Below are positions 49,947-59,723 of a stretch of DNA of 64,000 nt, one piece after another. The stretch is taken from positions 12,523 through 76,522 of the forward strand of contig CAWACC010000008.1 in assembly GCA_963780445.1 (NCBI GenBank). The letters are read 5' to 3'. Position numbers and translations under genes: made by a program. This stretch comes from an uncultured Parachlamydiaceae bacterium. GTDB lineage: Bacteria > Chlamydiota > Chlamydiia > Chlamydiales > Parachlamydiaceae. Numbering within the stretch: the first letter of the stretch is position 1; the number at the start of each line of letters is the position of its first letter. Under the pieces are notes generated by a model that worked only from the letters and a program-made list of their open reading frames with translations, did no database searches and was not told the DNA's origin.

Positions 49947-51713
49947 ATGTATAAAACAATACTTGATACCTTAAGTGACAAATTCAGACAAGCTGTCCTT
50001 GCGGCTTATCCCGAACTTGCCGATAGCGGGCAAGAGGTTTCCATCGAAGTCACGCAAAGTAGTGCAGCCAAACCAGGCCACTACCAATTCAATTCAGCCA
50101 TGAAGCTGACGCGGCAGCTTAAAGTGAAGCCGCATGAAATAGCTGAGAAAGTTAAGGCAAAACTCCCCATTTTACATAAGGAGGGGCTGCCCTTTATCAG
50201 CCAAGTTGAAATTGCCGGGCCGGGCTTCATCAATATCACCCTAGATGATGTCTTTATCACTTATGCTGTCAACCAGCTGTTGCTTCCCCATCTGGGTATG
50301 GAAAAGCCCGCCCATAGGGAGCGGATCATCATTGATTTCTCATCGCCAAACATAGCCAAAGAGATGCACGTAGGCCATTTGAGATCGACCATTATCGGGG
50401 ATTGCCTGGCAAGGCTCTTTGAGTTTTTGGGCCATGACGTGCTTCGGCTCAATCATCTGGGAGACTGGGGCACGTCCTTTGGGATGTTGATTGCATATAT
50501 GAAAACACAGGCTCCTCAAGTTCTGACCGGAGAACAACCGACCGACCTGACTCATCTGGTACATTGGTATCGGGAAGCCAAAAAGCAGTTTGATAGCGAC
50601 CCTGACTTTAAAAAGAAATCCCAAGAAGAGGTCGTTTTATTACAGGGCGGACAGGCGAAAGCCCTTAAGGCTTGGCAGATCATCTGCCTGATTTCCGAGA
50701 AGGCCTATAAGGAAGTTTATGACCTGCTTGACGTAAAACTAGTGGACCGGGGCGAATCCTATTATAATCCCATGCTGGCAGATGTTGTCAAAGAACTCGA
50801 ATCCAAAGGCCTTGTCACCATTTCTGAAGGGGCCAAATGCATTTTTCTGGAAGGGTTTAAAAACCGGGAGGGAGATCCCCTGCCATTGATGATTCAAAAA
50901 TCGGACGGAGGGTATAACTACGATACCACCGATATGGCAACCATCAAACACCGCATTGAAATAGAAAAAGGGGAACGATTGATCTATGTCACAGACATGG
51001 GCCAAAGCACCCATTTTCAAATGATCTTCAAAGCAGCGGAAAAAGCCGGCTACCTCGATCCAGCCAAAGTGCGCACCGATCATGTTCCCTTTGGATTGGT
51101 ACTAGGCCCTGATGGAAAAAAATTCCGAACCCGTGCTGGGGAAAGTGAAAAACTGATCGACCTTCTAAAAACTGCGATAGACCAGGCCAGGAATATACTA
51201 ATGACAAGGAATCCCGAGATGCCCGTCGAAGAGAGGGAATCCTTGGCGAAAGCTTTGGGCATCGGAGCAATCAAGTATGCTGACTTGAGCTGCAACCGTA
51301 CTGGAGATTATACGTTCAGTTATGAAAGGATGTTGAGATTTGAGGGAAATACCGCCGCATTTCTCATGTATGCGTATGTACGGATCAACGGGATCAAACG
51401 CAAAATCAATGCTGATATGGAAGAAGTCAGGAAAAAACACAGGATTTATTTGGAGCACCCCTCCGAATTTGCTTTGGCTTTACATCTGGCCCAATTTGGA
51501 GAAGCATTAAATCAGATGGCAAACGACCTCTTGCCTAATCGCCTGACCGATTACTTATATACCTTGGCAGAGAAATTCAATGCCTTCTTCAGGGATTGCC
51601 GTGTCGAAGGGACGGTCCAGCAATATTCCCGATTGCTGTTATGTGAAGCCGCTGCCGGGGTATTGAAGCAGGGGTTGGAAATACTGGGTTTAAAAACTGT
51701 AGACAGGATGTAA
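49947..51713 (+). CDS. argS: Arginine--tRNA ligase
   Basis: About 588 aa with class I HIGH motif HVGHLRS, ArgRS N-terminal domain features and a C-terminal DALR-type anticodon-binding region. Start placed at the ATG at 49947; the track uses a GTG at 49941. Confidence 0.9.
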   Translation: MYKTILDTLSDKFRQAVLAAYPELADSGQEVSIEVTQSSAAKPGHYQFNSAMKLTRQLKVKPHEIAEKVKAKLPILHKEGLPFISQVEIAGPGFINITLDDVFITYAVNQLLLPHLGMEKPAHRERIIIDFSSPNIAKEMHVGHLRSTIIGDCLARLFEFLGHDVLRLNHLGDWGTSFGMLIAYMKTQAPQVLTGEQPTDLTHLVHWYREAKKQFDSDPDFKKKSQEEVVLLQGGQAKALKAWQIICLISEKAYKEVYDLLDVKLVDRGESYYNPMLADVVKELESKGLVTISEGAKCIFLEGFKNREGDPLPLMIQKSDGGYNYDTTDMATIKHRIEIEKGERLIYVTDMGQSTHFQMIFKAAEKAGYLDPAKVRTDHVPFGLVLGPDGKKFRTRAGESEKLIDLLKTAIDQARNILMTRNPEMPVEERESLAKALGIGAIKYADLSCNRTGDYTFSYERMLRFEGNTAAFLMYAYVRINGIKRKINADMEEVRKKHRIYLEHPSEFALALHLAQFGEALNQMANDLLPNRLTDYLYTLAEKFNAFFRDCRVEGTVQQYSRLLLCEAAAGVLKQGLEILGLKTVDRM

Positions 51714-51720
51714 TAATCTT

Positions 51721-52995
51721 ATGTGCAAACCGGCAAAGGGAATAAATCCCAATATCTTTTTTGGCGTGGCCCTCGTGCTGGGGCTGGCAGCAGGGTTTTA
51801 TGGCTCGCCTGCTGTGTTTTCTACAGCAGAAGTGGTTTCACAAATTTTTATCAACCTGTTGAAGCTAGTCAGCCTCCCCATCATCTTCCTTTCGATTGTT
51901 TCAACGGCCTTGGGAATGGAAAGCACTCAGGAGATCAAAACCATCGGCTTCAGAGTGGTCAAATATACCTTATTGACGACTATTCTCGCGGCTTCTGTAG
52001 CCCTGCTCATTTATGTTTTTGTCCATCCTGTCCAGGTGATCCTCTCTTCAGATCCGACAAATGATGCCGGAAGCCAGGCGGGATATCTTACCTTTCTTCT
52101 CCGAGCTATCCCTTCGAATATCCTGCAGCCTTTTGTAGAAAACAACGTGATAGGGGTCCTTTTGCTAGCCTTGATGCTTAGCCTGGCAGCGTTCGGCTTG
52201 CCCGTGCAAAACCGGGTGGTCCTCCACCAATTTTTTTCCAGCCTGTTCCAAGTAGTCATGAAAATCACCCAGTGGCTTGTGCGGTGGATGCCTATAGCGA
52301 TATGCGCTTTCATCACACTGTTTGTCAGGGACTTAAAAGGGGGATTGGAATTTAAAAGTCTGGCATTGTATCTTTGCTGCGTTCTATCTGCCAATCTCAT
52401 TCAGGCGCTGATCATTTTACCTTTGATCCTTAAATGGAAAGGGGTCTCCCCCCTCCATATGATGCGGTCGATGATGCCCGCCCTGTCTGTCGCTTTCTTT
52501 ACCAAATCTTCGAGTGCCGCCTTGCCAATGGCTATGAAATGCGCAGAAGAAAAAGCAGGCATATCCCGAAAGGTCTCCAGCTTTACTTTGCCTTTATGCA
52601 CTACGATCAATATGAACGCCTGTGCGGCCTTCATTCTCATTACGGTATTGTTTGTTTCGATGAGCCATGGGATGACCTACTCCCCTATTGAAATGACCGC
52701 ATGGATACTCATAGCCACTTTAGCTGCCATCGGAAATGCAGGAGTTCCCATGGGTTGCTATTTTTTGGCCAGCGCTTTTTTGGCGGCCATGAATGTTCCC
52801 TTGACCCTTATGGGAGTAATCCTCCCCTTTTATGCCTTGATCGACATGTTAGAAAGCGCTATTAATGTATGGTCCGATTCCTGTGTCGCAGCCGTTGTAA
52901 ATAAAGAGATGGAAGAAAAGCAACCAGTTCCGCCGGAAGAACCTCTGCTCCCTTCTCCCAATTCACACAATATGATACAATCGGGTGCAGAGTGA
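51721..52995 (+). CDS. Dicarboxylate/amino acid:cation symporter (DAACS/GltP family)
   Basis: 424-aa polytopic protein with the family motif FTKSSSAALPMAM (SSSAxLP). Confidence 0.8.
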   Translation: MCKPAKGINPNIFFGVALVLGLAAGFYGSPAVFSTAEVVSQIFINLLKLVSLPIIFLSIVSTALGMESTQEIKTIGFRVVKYTLLTTILAASVALLIYVFVHPVQVILSSDPTNDAGSQAGYLTFLLRAIPSNILQPFVENNVIGVLLLALMLSLAAFGLPVQNRVVLHQFFSSLFQVVMKITQWLVRWMPIAICAFITLFVRDLKGGLEFKSLALYLCCVLSANLIQALIILPLILKWKGVSPLHMMRSMMPALSVAFFTKSSSAALPMAMKCAEEKAGISRKVSSFTLPLCTTINMNACAAFILITVLFVSMSHGMTYSPIEMTAWILIATLAAIGNAGVPMGCYFLASAFLAAMNVPLTLMGVILPFYALIDMLESAINVWSDSCVAAVVNKEMEEKQPVPPEEPLLPSPNSHNMIQSGAE

Positions 52996-53020
52996 AAACC
53001 AGGGAAACAGGTCAAACAAC

Positions 53021-54062
53021 ATGAATTCAGGAAAATTCCATACTCCCTTAAAACGGGTCCCCTATAAGTTCTTTCCTCATGACACGCAAGCAGTGATCAA
53101 AAAACTGGGAAAAGAGGTTCTTATCGAAAACCTCAGGCAAATGCTGCTTCTCCGCAATTTTGAAACGCGTGCCGAATCGGCGTATCTGCAGGGAAAAATA
53201 GGAGGCTTTTTTCATTCCTATATTGGACAAGAAGCCATCCAGACAGCAGCCATCCAAGCCATTGGCTTGAACCACTGGTGGATTACATCCTATCGCTGCC
53301 ATGCTTTGGCCCTGCTACTAGGGGCCACCCCCAATGAAATTATGGCCGAACTGTATGGCCGCGCCACAGGCAATGCCAAAGGACGCGGCGGCTCGATGCA
53401 TCTTTATACCGATCGCCTGCTGGGAGGATTCGGAATTGTAGGCGGGCAAATCCCCATTGCTACAGGAGCCGCTTTTACCGTCAAATACAAAGAAAATAAA
53501 GAAGAAATCGCCATCTGTTTTATGGGTGACGGGGCTGTTGCGCAAGGGGCTTTTCATGAATCCTTGAATCTAGCCTCTTTGTGGGATTTGCCCTGCATTT
53601 ATGTGATTGAAAACAATCAATGGGGCATGGGAACGGCAGTCAATCGGGCCGTGAGCGTAGACTACCTGGCAGAAGATAAAGCCCCGGGGTATAACATGAA
53701 GGGTTATACATTCGATGGAATGGATTTCTTCAACTGCTATGCCGGATTTGACCACGTTTTCCATGAAGTCTTGAAGACCAGCCGGCCTGTTTTGATAGAA
53801 GTCGTTACCGAGCGCTTTAAAGGCCATTCGATATCAGATCCTGGGCTCTACCGCTCTAAAGATGAACTGAAAGAAAGCATGCAGCGAGACCCTATTGCAT
53901 CTCATGCAAAAAGCTTTGATAGAAGCTCATATCATTGATGAAGAAACAATAAAAATAATGGACAAAGAAATGAAGGAACAGGTCATGGCCTCCATGAAAT
54001 ATGCCGATGAAAGCCCTTGGCCGGATCCTCTTTCTCTGGAAGAAGATGTTTATGCTCCATAG
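53021..54062 (+). pseudogene. pdhA: Pyruvate dehydrogenase E1 alpha subunit, interrupted by one single-base frame disruption near 53900
   Basis: The TPP-binding block GDGAVAQGAFHESLNLASLWDLPCIYVIENNQWGMGT is present. The first frame ends ...RDPIASHAKSFDRSSYH* at 53938. The expected C-terminus LMQKALIEAHIIDEETIKIMDKEMKEQVMASMKYADESPWPDPLSLEEDVYAP* continues in the +1 frame to 54062. Confidence 0.75.
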
Positions 54063-54070
54063 GTACCCTA

Positions 54071-55056
54071 ATGGCAAATACCCAAATCATTGAAATGCGC
54101 GAAGCGCTTCGGCAAGCTTTGGATGAAGAGATGGCGCGCGACCCCGCTGTCTTCATCATGGGCGAAGAGGTGGGGGAATATAATGGCGCTTATAAAATAA
54201 CCAAAGGCCTGCTCGATAAATGGGGTCCCAAGAGGATCCTGGATACTCCCATTTCCGAATCGGGGTTCGCCGGGCTGGCCATAGGAGCCGCCATGACAGG
54301 TTTAAGGCCTGTCGTAGAATTCATGAGTTTTAATTTCTCTTTTGTAGCTGCAGACCAGCTGATTTCCAATGCCATTAAAATGTATTACATGTCAGGCAAC
54401 CGCTTTTCCGTGCCTATCGTTTTTCGGGGCCCGAATGGTGCCGCCGCTCAGGTATCCAGCCAGCACTCCCATTGCGTCGAAGCTATTTACGGCAATTTAC
54501 CCGGATTCATCGTCATTGCGCCCAGCAATCCCTATGATGCCAAAGGCCTTTTAAAATCAGCCATTCGGAATAACAATCCGGTTTTATTTTTGGAATCGGA
54601 ACTGTCCTATGGCGACAAAATGGAAATTCCTGTCGAGGAATACCTGGTGCCTATTGGCAAAGCAAAAATTGTAGAAAAAGGACAGCATGTAACCATTGTT
54701 TCCCACAGCCGGATGGTGCTGTTATGCCATACTGCCGTGAAAGAACTAGCGAAGAAAGGGATAAAAGCGGAACTGATTGATCTGCGGACATTGCGGCCTT
54801 TAGACATAGCCACAGTCATTGAATCAGTCCGAAAGGACTCATCGCTGCGTTCTAGTCGAAGAAGGGCATATCTACGCAGGAATCGCTTCAGAAGTGGGAT
54901 TTCAAATCCAGGAATATGCATTTGACTATCTGGATGCCCCCATCGAAAGGGTATGCCAGCGCGACACACCGATGCCATATTCCAAAGTGCTTGAAAGCGA
55001 AACGCTTCCAACCGTAGCATCGCATTCTGGCCGCTGTATATAAAACTATGAGATAA
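54071..55056 (+). pseudogene. pdhB: Pyruvate dehydrogenase E1 beta subunit, interrupted by two single-base frame disruptions (about 54836 and about 55023)
   Basis: Start MANTQIIEMREALRQA. Frame 1 degenerates after ...VIESVRK. The conserved THRCVLVEEGHIYAGIASEVGFQIQEYAFDYLDAPIERVCQRDTPMPYSKVLE... lies in the +1 frame (track ORF 54819..55043). A typical end ILAAVYKTMR* lies in the next +1 frame. Confidence 0.75.
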
Positions 55057-55072
55057 TCTATAAAGGAGACAT

Positions 55073-56383
55073 ATGCCATTTACATTGACCATGCCAAAAC
55101 TCTCTCCCACCATGGAATCCGGAACCATTGCCAAATGGCACAAAAAAGTCGGCGATTTTGTTGACTCTGGCGACCTCATTTTAGAAGTGGCTACAGATAA
55201 AGCTACAGTCGAATACAACGCACTGGACGGAGGTTGGCTCCGCCAAATCCTGATTCCAGAAGGGGGCGAGGCTTCTGTCAACCAGCCCCTGGCAATTCTA
55301 AGCGAAAAAAAAGAGGAAAGCATTGAAGGGTATCAGCCGGAAGGGGTATCGCCAAAAGCCAAAGAGCCCTCCCCTGAAATTCAGGCTCAACCTTCCCCTC
55401 AGGAACCTTCGAAACCTGAATCTTCCGCGGCCCCCCCTTCCTTCAAAGGGATGGCGCAACCAGCCTTTATTCCGGAACCTCCTCTGACAAGTTATGCATT
55501 TGAAATGCCTTCCGGAGGTATAGAAAGTAGAATTAAAGCTTCCCCATTAGCCCGCAAGCTGGCCAAAGAAAAAAATCTCGACCTGACGACGGTCAAAGGG
55601 ACAGGGCCTAACCACCGTATCATGAGCCGCGATCTGGAAAAGGCCCAGCCTGCCGGCACAATCGCTTTTAGCCATCGGGAAGTTCCACAAATACCGCCAG
55701 GAACCTATGAAGAAGAGCCCTTAACTCCCATGAGAAAGGCCATAGCCCAGAGGCTGCAGGAAGCCAAAACATTTATTCCTCACTTTTATGTCACCCGCAC
55801 CCTAAACGCCAAACCTTTAATGAATATACGCGAACAGTTGCGCCACCATCAAATCAAAATTACCTATAATGACCTGGCGATCCGGGCTTGCGCCCTGGCT
55901 TTAAAGGAACATCCTGAAATCAATAGCGGATTCGATTCTGAAAAGAATGCTGTGATCCGATTCAAGACTATTGATATTTCTGTAGCTGTAAGCCTCGAAG
56001 CAGGCCTGATCACCCCCATTATCCGCCATGCGGACTTTAAAAACCTGGGAGAAATCTCACTGGAGATGCAATCGCTGGCAAAAAGGGCGAAAGATGGCAA
56101 GCTGGCTCCGCACGAATACAAAGGAGGATCGTTCACCATTTCGAATCTGGGCATGTATGGAGTGACGGAATTTCAGGCCATCATCAATCCTCCGCAAGCG
56201 GCAATTCTGGCGGTGTCAGGCATATTGGAAGTCCCGGTAGTCAAGAATGGAGCCGTCGTCGCGGGAAATACAATGAATATTACCCTTTCCTGCGACCATC
56301 GTGTCGTAGACGGAGTCAAAGGAGCCAAATTCCTGAATACCGTTCAAAAATACCTGGAAAACCCCGCAGTGTTATTGATTTAA
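55073..56383 (+). CDS. pdhC: Dihydrolipoamide acetyltransferase (PDH E2)
   Basis: 436 aa and intact. Lipoyl domain (EVATDKATVE), E3/E1-binding domain (ASPLARKLAKEKNLDL), and a catalytic domain with DHRVVDG. AAGGAG SD upstream. Confidence 0.9.
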   Translation: MPFTLTMPKLSPTMESGTIAKWHKKVGDFVDSGDLILEVATDKATVEYNALDGGWLRQILIPEGGEASVNQPLAILSEKKEESIEGYQPEGVSPKAKEPSPEIQAQPSPQEPSKPESSAAPPSFKGMAQPAFIPEPPLTSYAFEMPSGGIESRIKASPLARKLAKEKNLDLTTVKGTGPNHRIMSRDLEKAQPAGTIAFSHREVPQIPPGTYEEEPLTPMRKAIAQRLQEAKTFIPHFYVTRTLNAKPLMNIREQLRHHQIKITYNDLAIRACALALKEHPEINSGFDSEKNAVIRFKTIDISVAVSLEAGLITPIIRHADFKNLGEISLEMQSLAKRAKDGKLAPHEYKGGSFTISNLGMYGVTEFQAIINPPQAAILAVSGILEVPVVKNGAVVAGNTMNITLSCDHRVVDGVKGAKFLNTVQKYLENPAVLLI

Positions 56384-56390
56384 ACACTGC

Positions 56391-57104
56391 CTAGTAATAA
56401 CGATCGACATTAAGACCCAGTGCAGCCATTTTTTTTCCACTTATTTGGGGACATCGGCCAAAATGTATATCTGTAAGATGAGTCATCTTGGATAATGCCA
56501 CAGCAAATGCGTCCTCCGTTATTTCATGACAATAATCAAGACATATGCTTTTAAGTCCGACAAGCTTTGTAAGTGTTTCTGTAAATTTATCTGTTAGATG
56601 TTTAGGTTCGCAAATCAATAATTTCTTAAGTCTCGTAAGCTGGGGAAGCTTGTCCGATAACTTGCCCTCATCAAGGTTATGGTCGTAAAGATCCAAGCTG
56701 TTAAGGTTTTTGAACTTTTCCAGCGGATAATCCTTGAGTTGATTATCTGTTTTTGATGGGTGTAAGGTTAAATGAATAAGATTAGGGCAGTTTTGACTTA
56801 ATTTCTCCAGATCTTTGTCTGTAACATCACGACACTTATATAAATCAGCTCTAGGCAAATGATGTTTGCTAATGTAGTCCACTGCTTCAGCAGCTGTATC
56901 GAATATCCACATCTTTTTAAGAAAAATAGCAGAGTCACTTATCCAATCCTTAAAAACTTTTAAAGACAAATTCCGCATTTTTTTCGATACCAAAGCCATT
57001 TCTTCCAATCCATCAGAAGATAAAAGCTCCGTTAAAATTTTTGTTTGCAATTCTTCAGGAAGATTATTGAAACATGTTGTATTTGAATAAATATTTGTAT
57101 TCAT
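56391..57104 (-). CDS. F-box / leucine-rich-repeat protein (FBXL-like)
   Basis: 237 aa with F-box LPEELQTKILTELLSSDGLEEMALVSKKMRNLSLKVF and cysteine-containing LRRs (CPNLIHLTLH; LKSICLDYCHEITEDAF; LTDIHFGRCPQISGKK). Confidence 0.75.
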   Translation of the reverse strand: MNTNIYSNTTCFNNLPEELQTKILTELLSSDGLEEMALVSKKMRNLSLKVFKDWISDSAIFLKKMWIFDTAAEAVDYISKHHLPRADLYKCRDVTDKDLEKLSQNCPNLIHLTLHPSKTDNQLKDYPLEKFKNLNSLDLYDHNLDEGKLSDKLPQLTRLKKLLICEPKHLTDKFTETLTKLVGLKSICLDYCHEITEDAFAVALSKMTHLTDIHFGRCPQISGKKMAALGLNVDRYY

Positions 57105-57300
57105 AAGTTTGTTTACCTTTAATTTATACTTAAATTATTTTATTTGATATATTTAATAAATTATGACAATCAATTCTAATAAATATAGTGTAACATAACC
57201 TGTAATTCAATAACAATTAGAATATTAGATAATGAATATTAGATAATTAATAAAACATACCAAACTAACAATGTATAGTCTCTCCGTTGATCAGAGCTGC

Positions 57301-57429
57301 CTATGGATGAGGTGTAATAGCAAGAATTGTAACAACTGCCTTGGCGATGGCTCTCTTAGAAGGATCTGAAATTAAGTGATTTAATTGGTCTTTTGCCAAC
57401 TCTGAATAATCAATATGAAAATTACTCAT
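57301..57429 (-). pseudogene. Truncated RelE/ParE-family toxin remnant
   Basis: A 42-codon ORF MSNFHIDYSELAKDQLNHLISDPSKRAIAKAVVTILAITPHP*, whose ATG overlaps the antitoxin stop (GATGAGTAA). It matches only the N-terminal half of the RelE/ParE pattern. It is not in the ORF track because it is under 60 aa. Confidence 0.45.
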
Positions 57430-57676
57430 CGTTTAACATCTCATTCCATTTATTTAATTGTGCTTTCGTCAAGCGTGTTGTTTTTCCTTCATAAGATTCT
57501 TGAAATCCTTGATTTAACATGCCATGAAGCTGTTTTTTACGGAAGTCCTCCACCGTTTTATGGAAAACTTGACGCATTAAATTGCGAAATGGAATACGAA
57601 ATTCTACGCATTTTGTCTTTAAAAAAGTATGTTCTTCAATTGGAACATCAAAACTGACTCGAACTGTTTCTTTCAT
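57422..57676 (-). CDS. Ribbon-helix-helix-type antitoxin-like protein
   Basis: 84 aa. The N-terminal beta-strand/helix pattern MKETVRVSFDVPIEEHTFLKTKCVEFRIPFRNLMRQVF is typical of CopG/RHH antitoxins. A toxin-like ORF follows with an overlapping start. Confidence 0.5.
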   Translation of the reverse strand: MKETVRVSFDVPIEEHTFLKTKCVEFRIPFRNLMRQVFHKTVEDFRKKQLHGMLNQGFQESYEGKTTRLTKAQLNKWNEMLNDE

Positions 57677-57989
57677 GATACAACTCCTATATACATCTTA
57701 ATTATAGCAAGAGTGATACTTTTATACAAGTATCCATTTTTATTCTCAATTTCCAGCAATTCCCGCTAAAAAAATACATTTTCCAAAAGTATCTTGAAAC
57801 GTCAAACAACAGAAATCTTTTCGTAAACTTTCAAACACCCTCGGCGGCAAGATATTGTTTATCGGAAAAAGGCATCCATATCCTGTCACCGAAGGCGCCC
57901 TGCCCATCCTGTTTTTTTCCTGGAGTTTCTGCTCAATTACCGTACATATTCAAAATTAATATAAAACTTGCTATAAAGTGAAAAAAAAT

Positions 57990-58035
57990 AGGGCATAAGG
58001 GACAAAAACTAATTTGATGTCCCTTATGTCCCTTT
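57990..58035. repeat. Family-B hairpin immediately upstream of the 58055 gene's SD
   Basis: AGGGCATAAGGGACAAAAACTAATTTGATGTCCCTTATGTCCCTTTA, followed by TCTTTTAGGAGGTAAATTATG. Confidence 0.85.
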
Positions 58036-58054
58036 ATCTTTTAGGAGGTAAATT

Positions 58055-59719
58055 ATGAATGCAATCCATAAACTTTTTTATCTGTTTCTGATAGGTATTT
58101 TTTCCTTTGCCAATGCTCCGTTGGCTGGAGGCTGCGGATGTGAGAAAGACAAAGAGAAGATCTCAAAACCCACGGACAGTCTTCGTGGAAACGTCAGCCT
58201 GATGCAAAAAACTTCACCTGACTGTCAGGGAATGGACATCATCATCATATGTTCCAGCACCCCTAGCCTGTCGGATTTCTGGGAAAACCGCCTTCTGGAT
58301 ACATGCCCCTACCTTCTTCCTGCAAAGACCCTGGTCATTTGCGTGGATGAAGACTGGCATAACAGCCAAGGGGCCGGCAACGGTATGGGCACCTTGTATG
58401 CCTATCAAAAGGCCAGGGACAAAGCCTTGGATCTTTACGGAATTGATATCGTAAAAAAGCAGGCCTTAGGTTCTTCCATAGCGATGTACCATACTGCGGG
58501 CCTAGGAAAACGGCTGGCTCCCCTGACTGTCAGCGAACGGGGCATCAAGTCCGCAGTTAAACTGCCCGGCCTGATCCACCGCCTGTCCCAGGGTCCGAAT
58601 GAGGTCCAACTGATGACCCTTTTGGAAGCAGCGCTCAAACAGACAGCCGTCTATGCTTCCAGCCGAAAGGGGCGGCTGTCCGTCTTTTGGAGCGACCAGG
58701 TATTCATTCCTTCGGCTCCTTGCCTCTATACTCCAAAAAGCCATATTGATATCCTGGTCAAAAAGATACCCGCCCTCTCTGATACTGTCTGGACAGAGCA
58801 AAATCTGGGAAGCTATGGATTGGCCATCTGGAATGAATCCAAAGAAGCCAAGTTGCTGGACAAATGCAGCTACTCTACTTTTTTGGAAATATTCAACCAA
58901 AACCCCTCTCCACAAGATATTGGAATAAGCATGGGAGCCTTCAGCCTATCGCTGCCGATGACACTGGCTTTGCTGGAGGAATTTGAACAGGAACTGCAGG
59001 AAAAAAACCTCCTGTTGGACAGCGATCCTTGCTTCTGGATGCCTCTGACCCTGGATTTCGACACTTATTTTTTAGCCATGCAGGCGCGTAAAACTTCTGA
59101 AGAGTTTATCAGGTCCCACTACATGAGGATGCAGCATTTTAAAAAGAAATTTGAAGAGGGGCATCATGAATCTCATTTTGGATTGTTCCAGGCAGTGGAT
59201 ATTGGCAGCGAAAGCTACTGGTGGGATTATGGTACCGTCGAATCGTATTATCGGAACAACATAAAAATGACACAGGAGGGAACCGAAGGGGAACTCATGC
59301 GGCTTTTTTATAATATTCCCCATGTGGTTGAGGACAGCATCGACTCTGTTGAGATTCAAAATTCAACGATTTTGGGCTGCTCCCTCAATAGGGGAAAAAT
59401 CAGGAACAGCCTTGTGATAGGAGTCCAGGCCGAAAACCTCGATCTGGAAAACTGCATCATGATCGGCAGTAAAGCAAAATCATGCACAGCCAAAAATTCT
59501 CTTCTCTATAAAATCAAAGAAGATAATCCATTGATTTTGGAGCCTCTGCATGTAAGGGCAGATTTTTTTCTCCCTCACCTGCAACACAACAAGGCGCTCA
59601 CCGCTCCTCTGCATAGCGACGGGAAAGTCAACTGGAAAATCAGACTGGACCCAAATCCCTATTCCTGGGAAGAGGCTGTACAAATAGTTTCAAATCCAGA
59701 ATTTTTGCTTTGCCAGTGA
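58055..59719 (+). CDS. Fucokinase-N-terminal-domain / GDP-fucose-pyrophosphorylase-like nucleotidyltransferase with an N-terminal signal/lipoprotein-like peptide
   Basis: 554 aa. N-terminus MNAIHKLFYLFLIGIFSFANAPLAGGCGC. The nucleotidyltransferase core is AGNGMGTLYAYQKA...MYHTAGLGKRLAPLT, resembling the GGxGxRLxPLT-type motif. The C-terminus has hexapeptide-like beta-helix repeats (IQNSTILGCSLNRGKIRNSLVIGVQAENLDLENCIMIG). Confidence 0.4.
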   Translation: MNAIHKLFYLFLIGIFSFANAPLAGGCGCEKDKEKISKPTDSLRGNVSLMQKTSPDCQGMDIIIICSSTPSLSDFWENRLLDTCPYLLPAKTLVICVDEDWHNSQGAGNGMGTLYAYQKARDKALDLYGIDIVKKQALGSSIAMYHTAGLGKRLAPLTVSERGIKSAVKLPGLIHRLSQGPNEVQLMTLLEAALKQTAVYASSRKGRLSVFWSDQVFIPSAPCLYTPKSHIDILVKKIPALSDTVWTEQNLGSYGLAIWNESKEAKLLDKCSYSTFLEIFNQNPSPQDIGISMGAFSLSLPMTLALLEEFEQELQEKNLLLDSDPCFWMPLTLDFDTYFLAMQARKTSEEFIRSHYMRMQHFKKKFEEGHHESHFGLFQAVDIGSESYWWDYGTVESYYRNNIKMTQEGTEGELMRLFYNIPHVVEDSIDSVEIQNSTILGCSLNRGKIRNSLVIGVQAENLDLENCIMIGSKAKSCTAKNSLLYKIKEDNPLILEPLHVRADFFLPHLQHNKALTAPLHSDGKVNWKIRLDPNPYSWEEAVQIVSNPEFLLCQ

Positions 59720-59723
59720 AATC

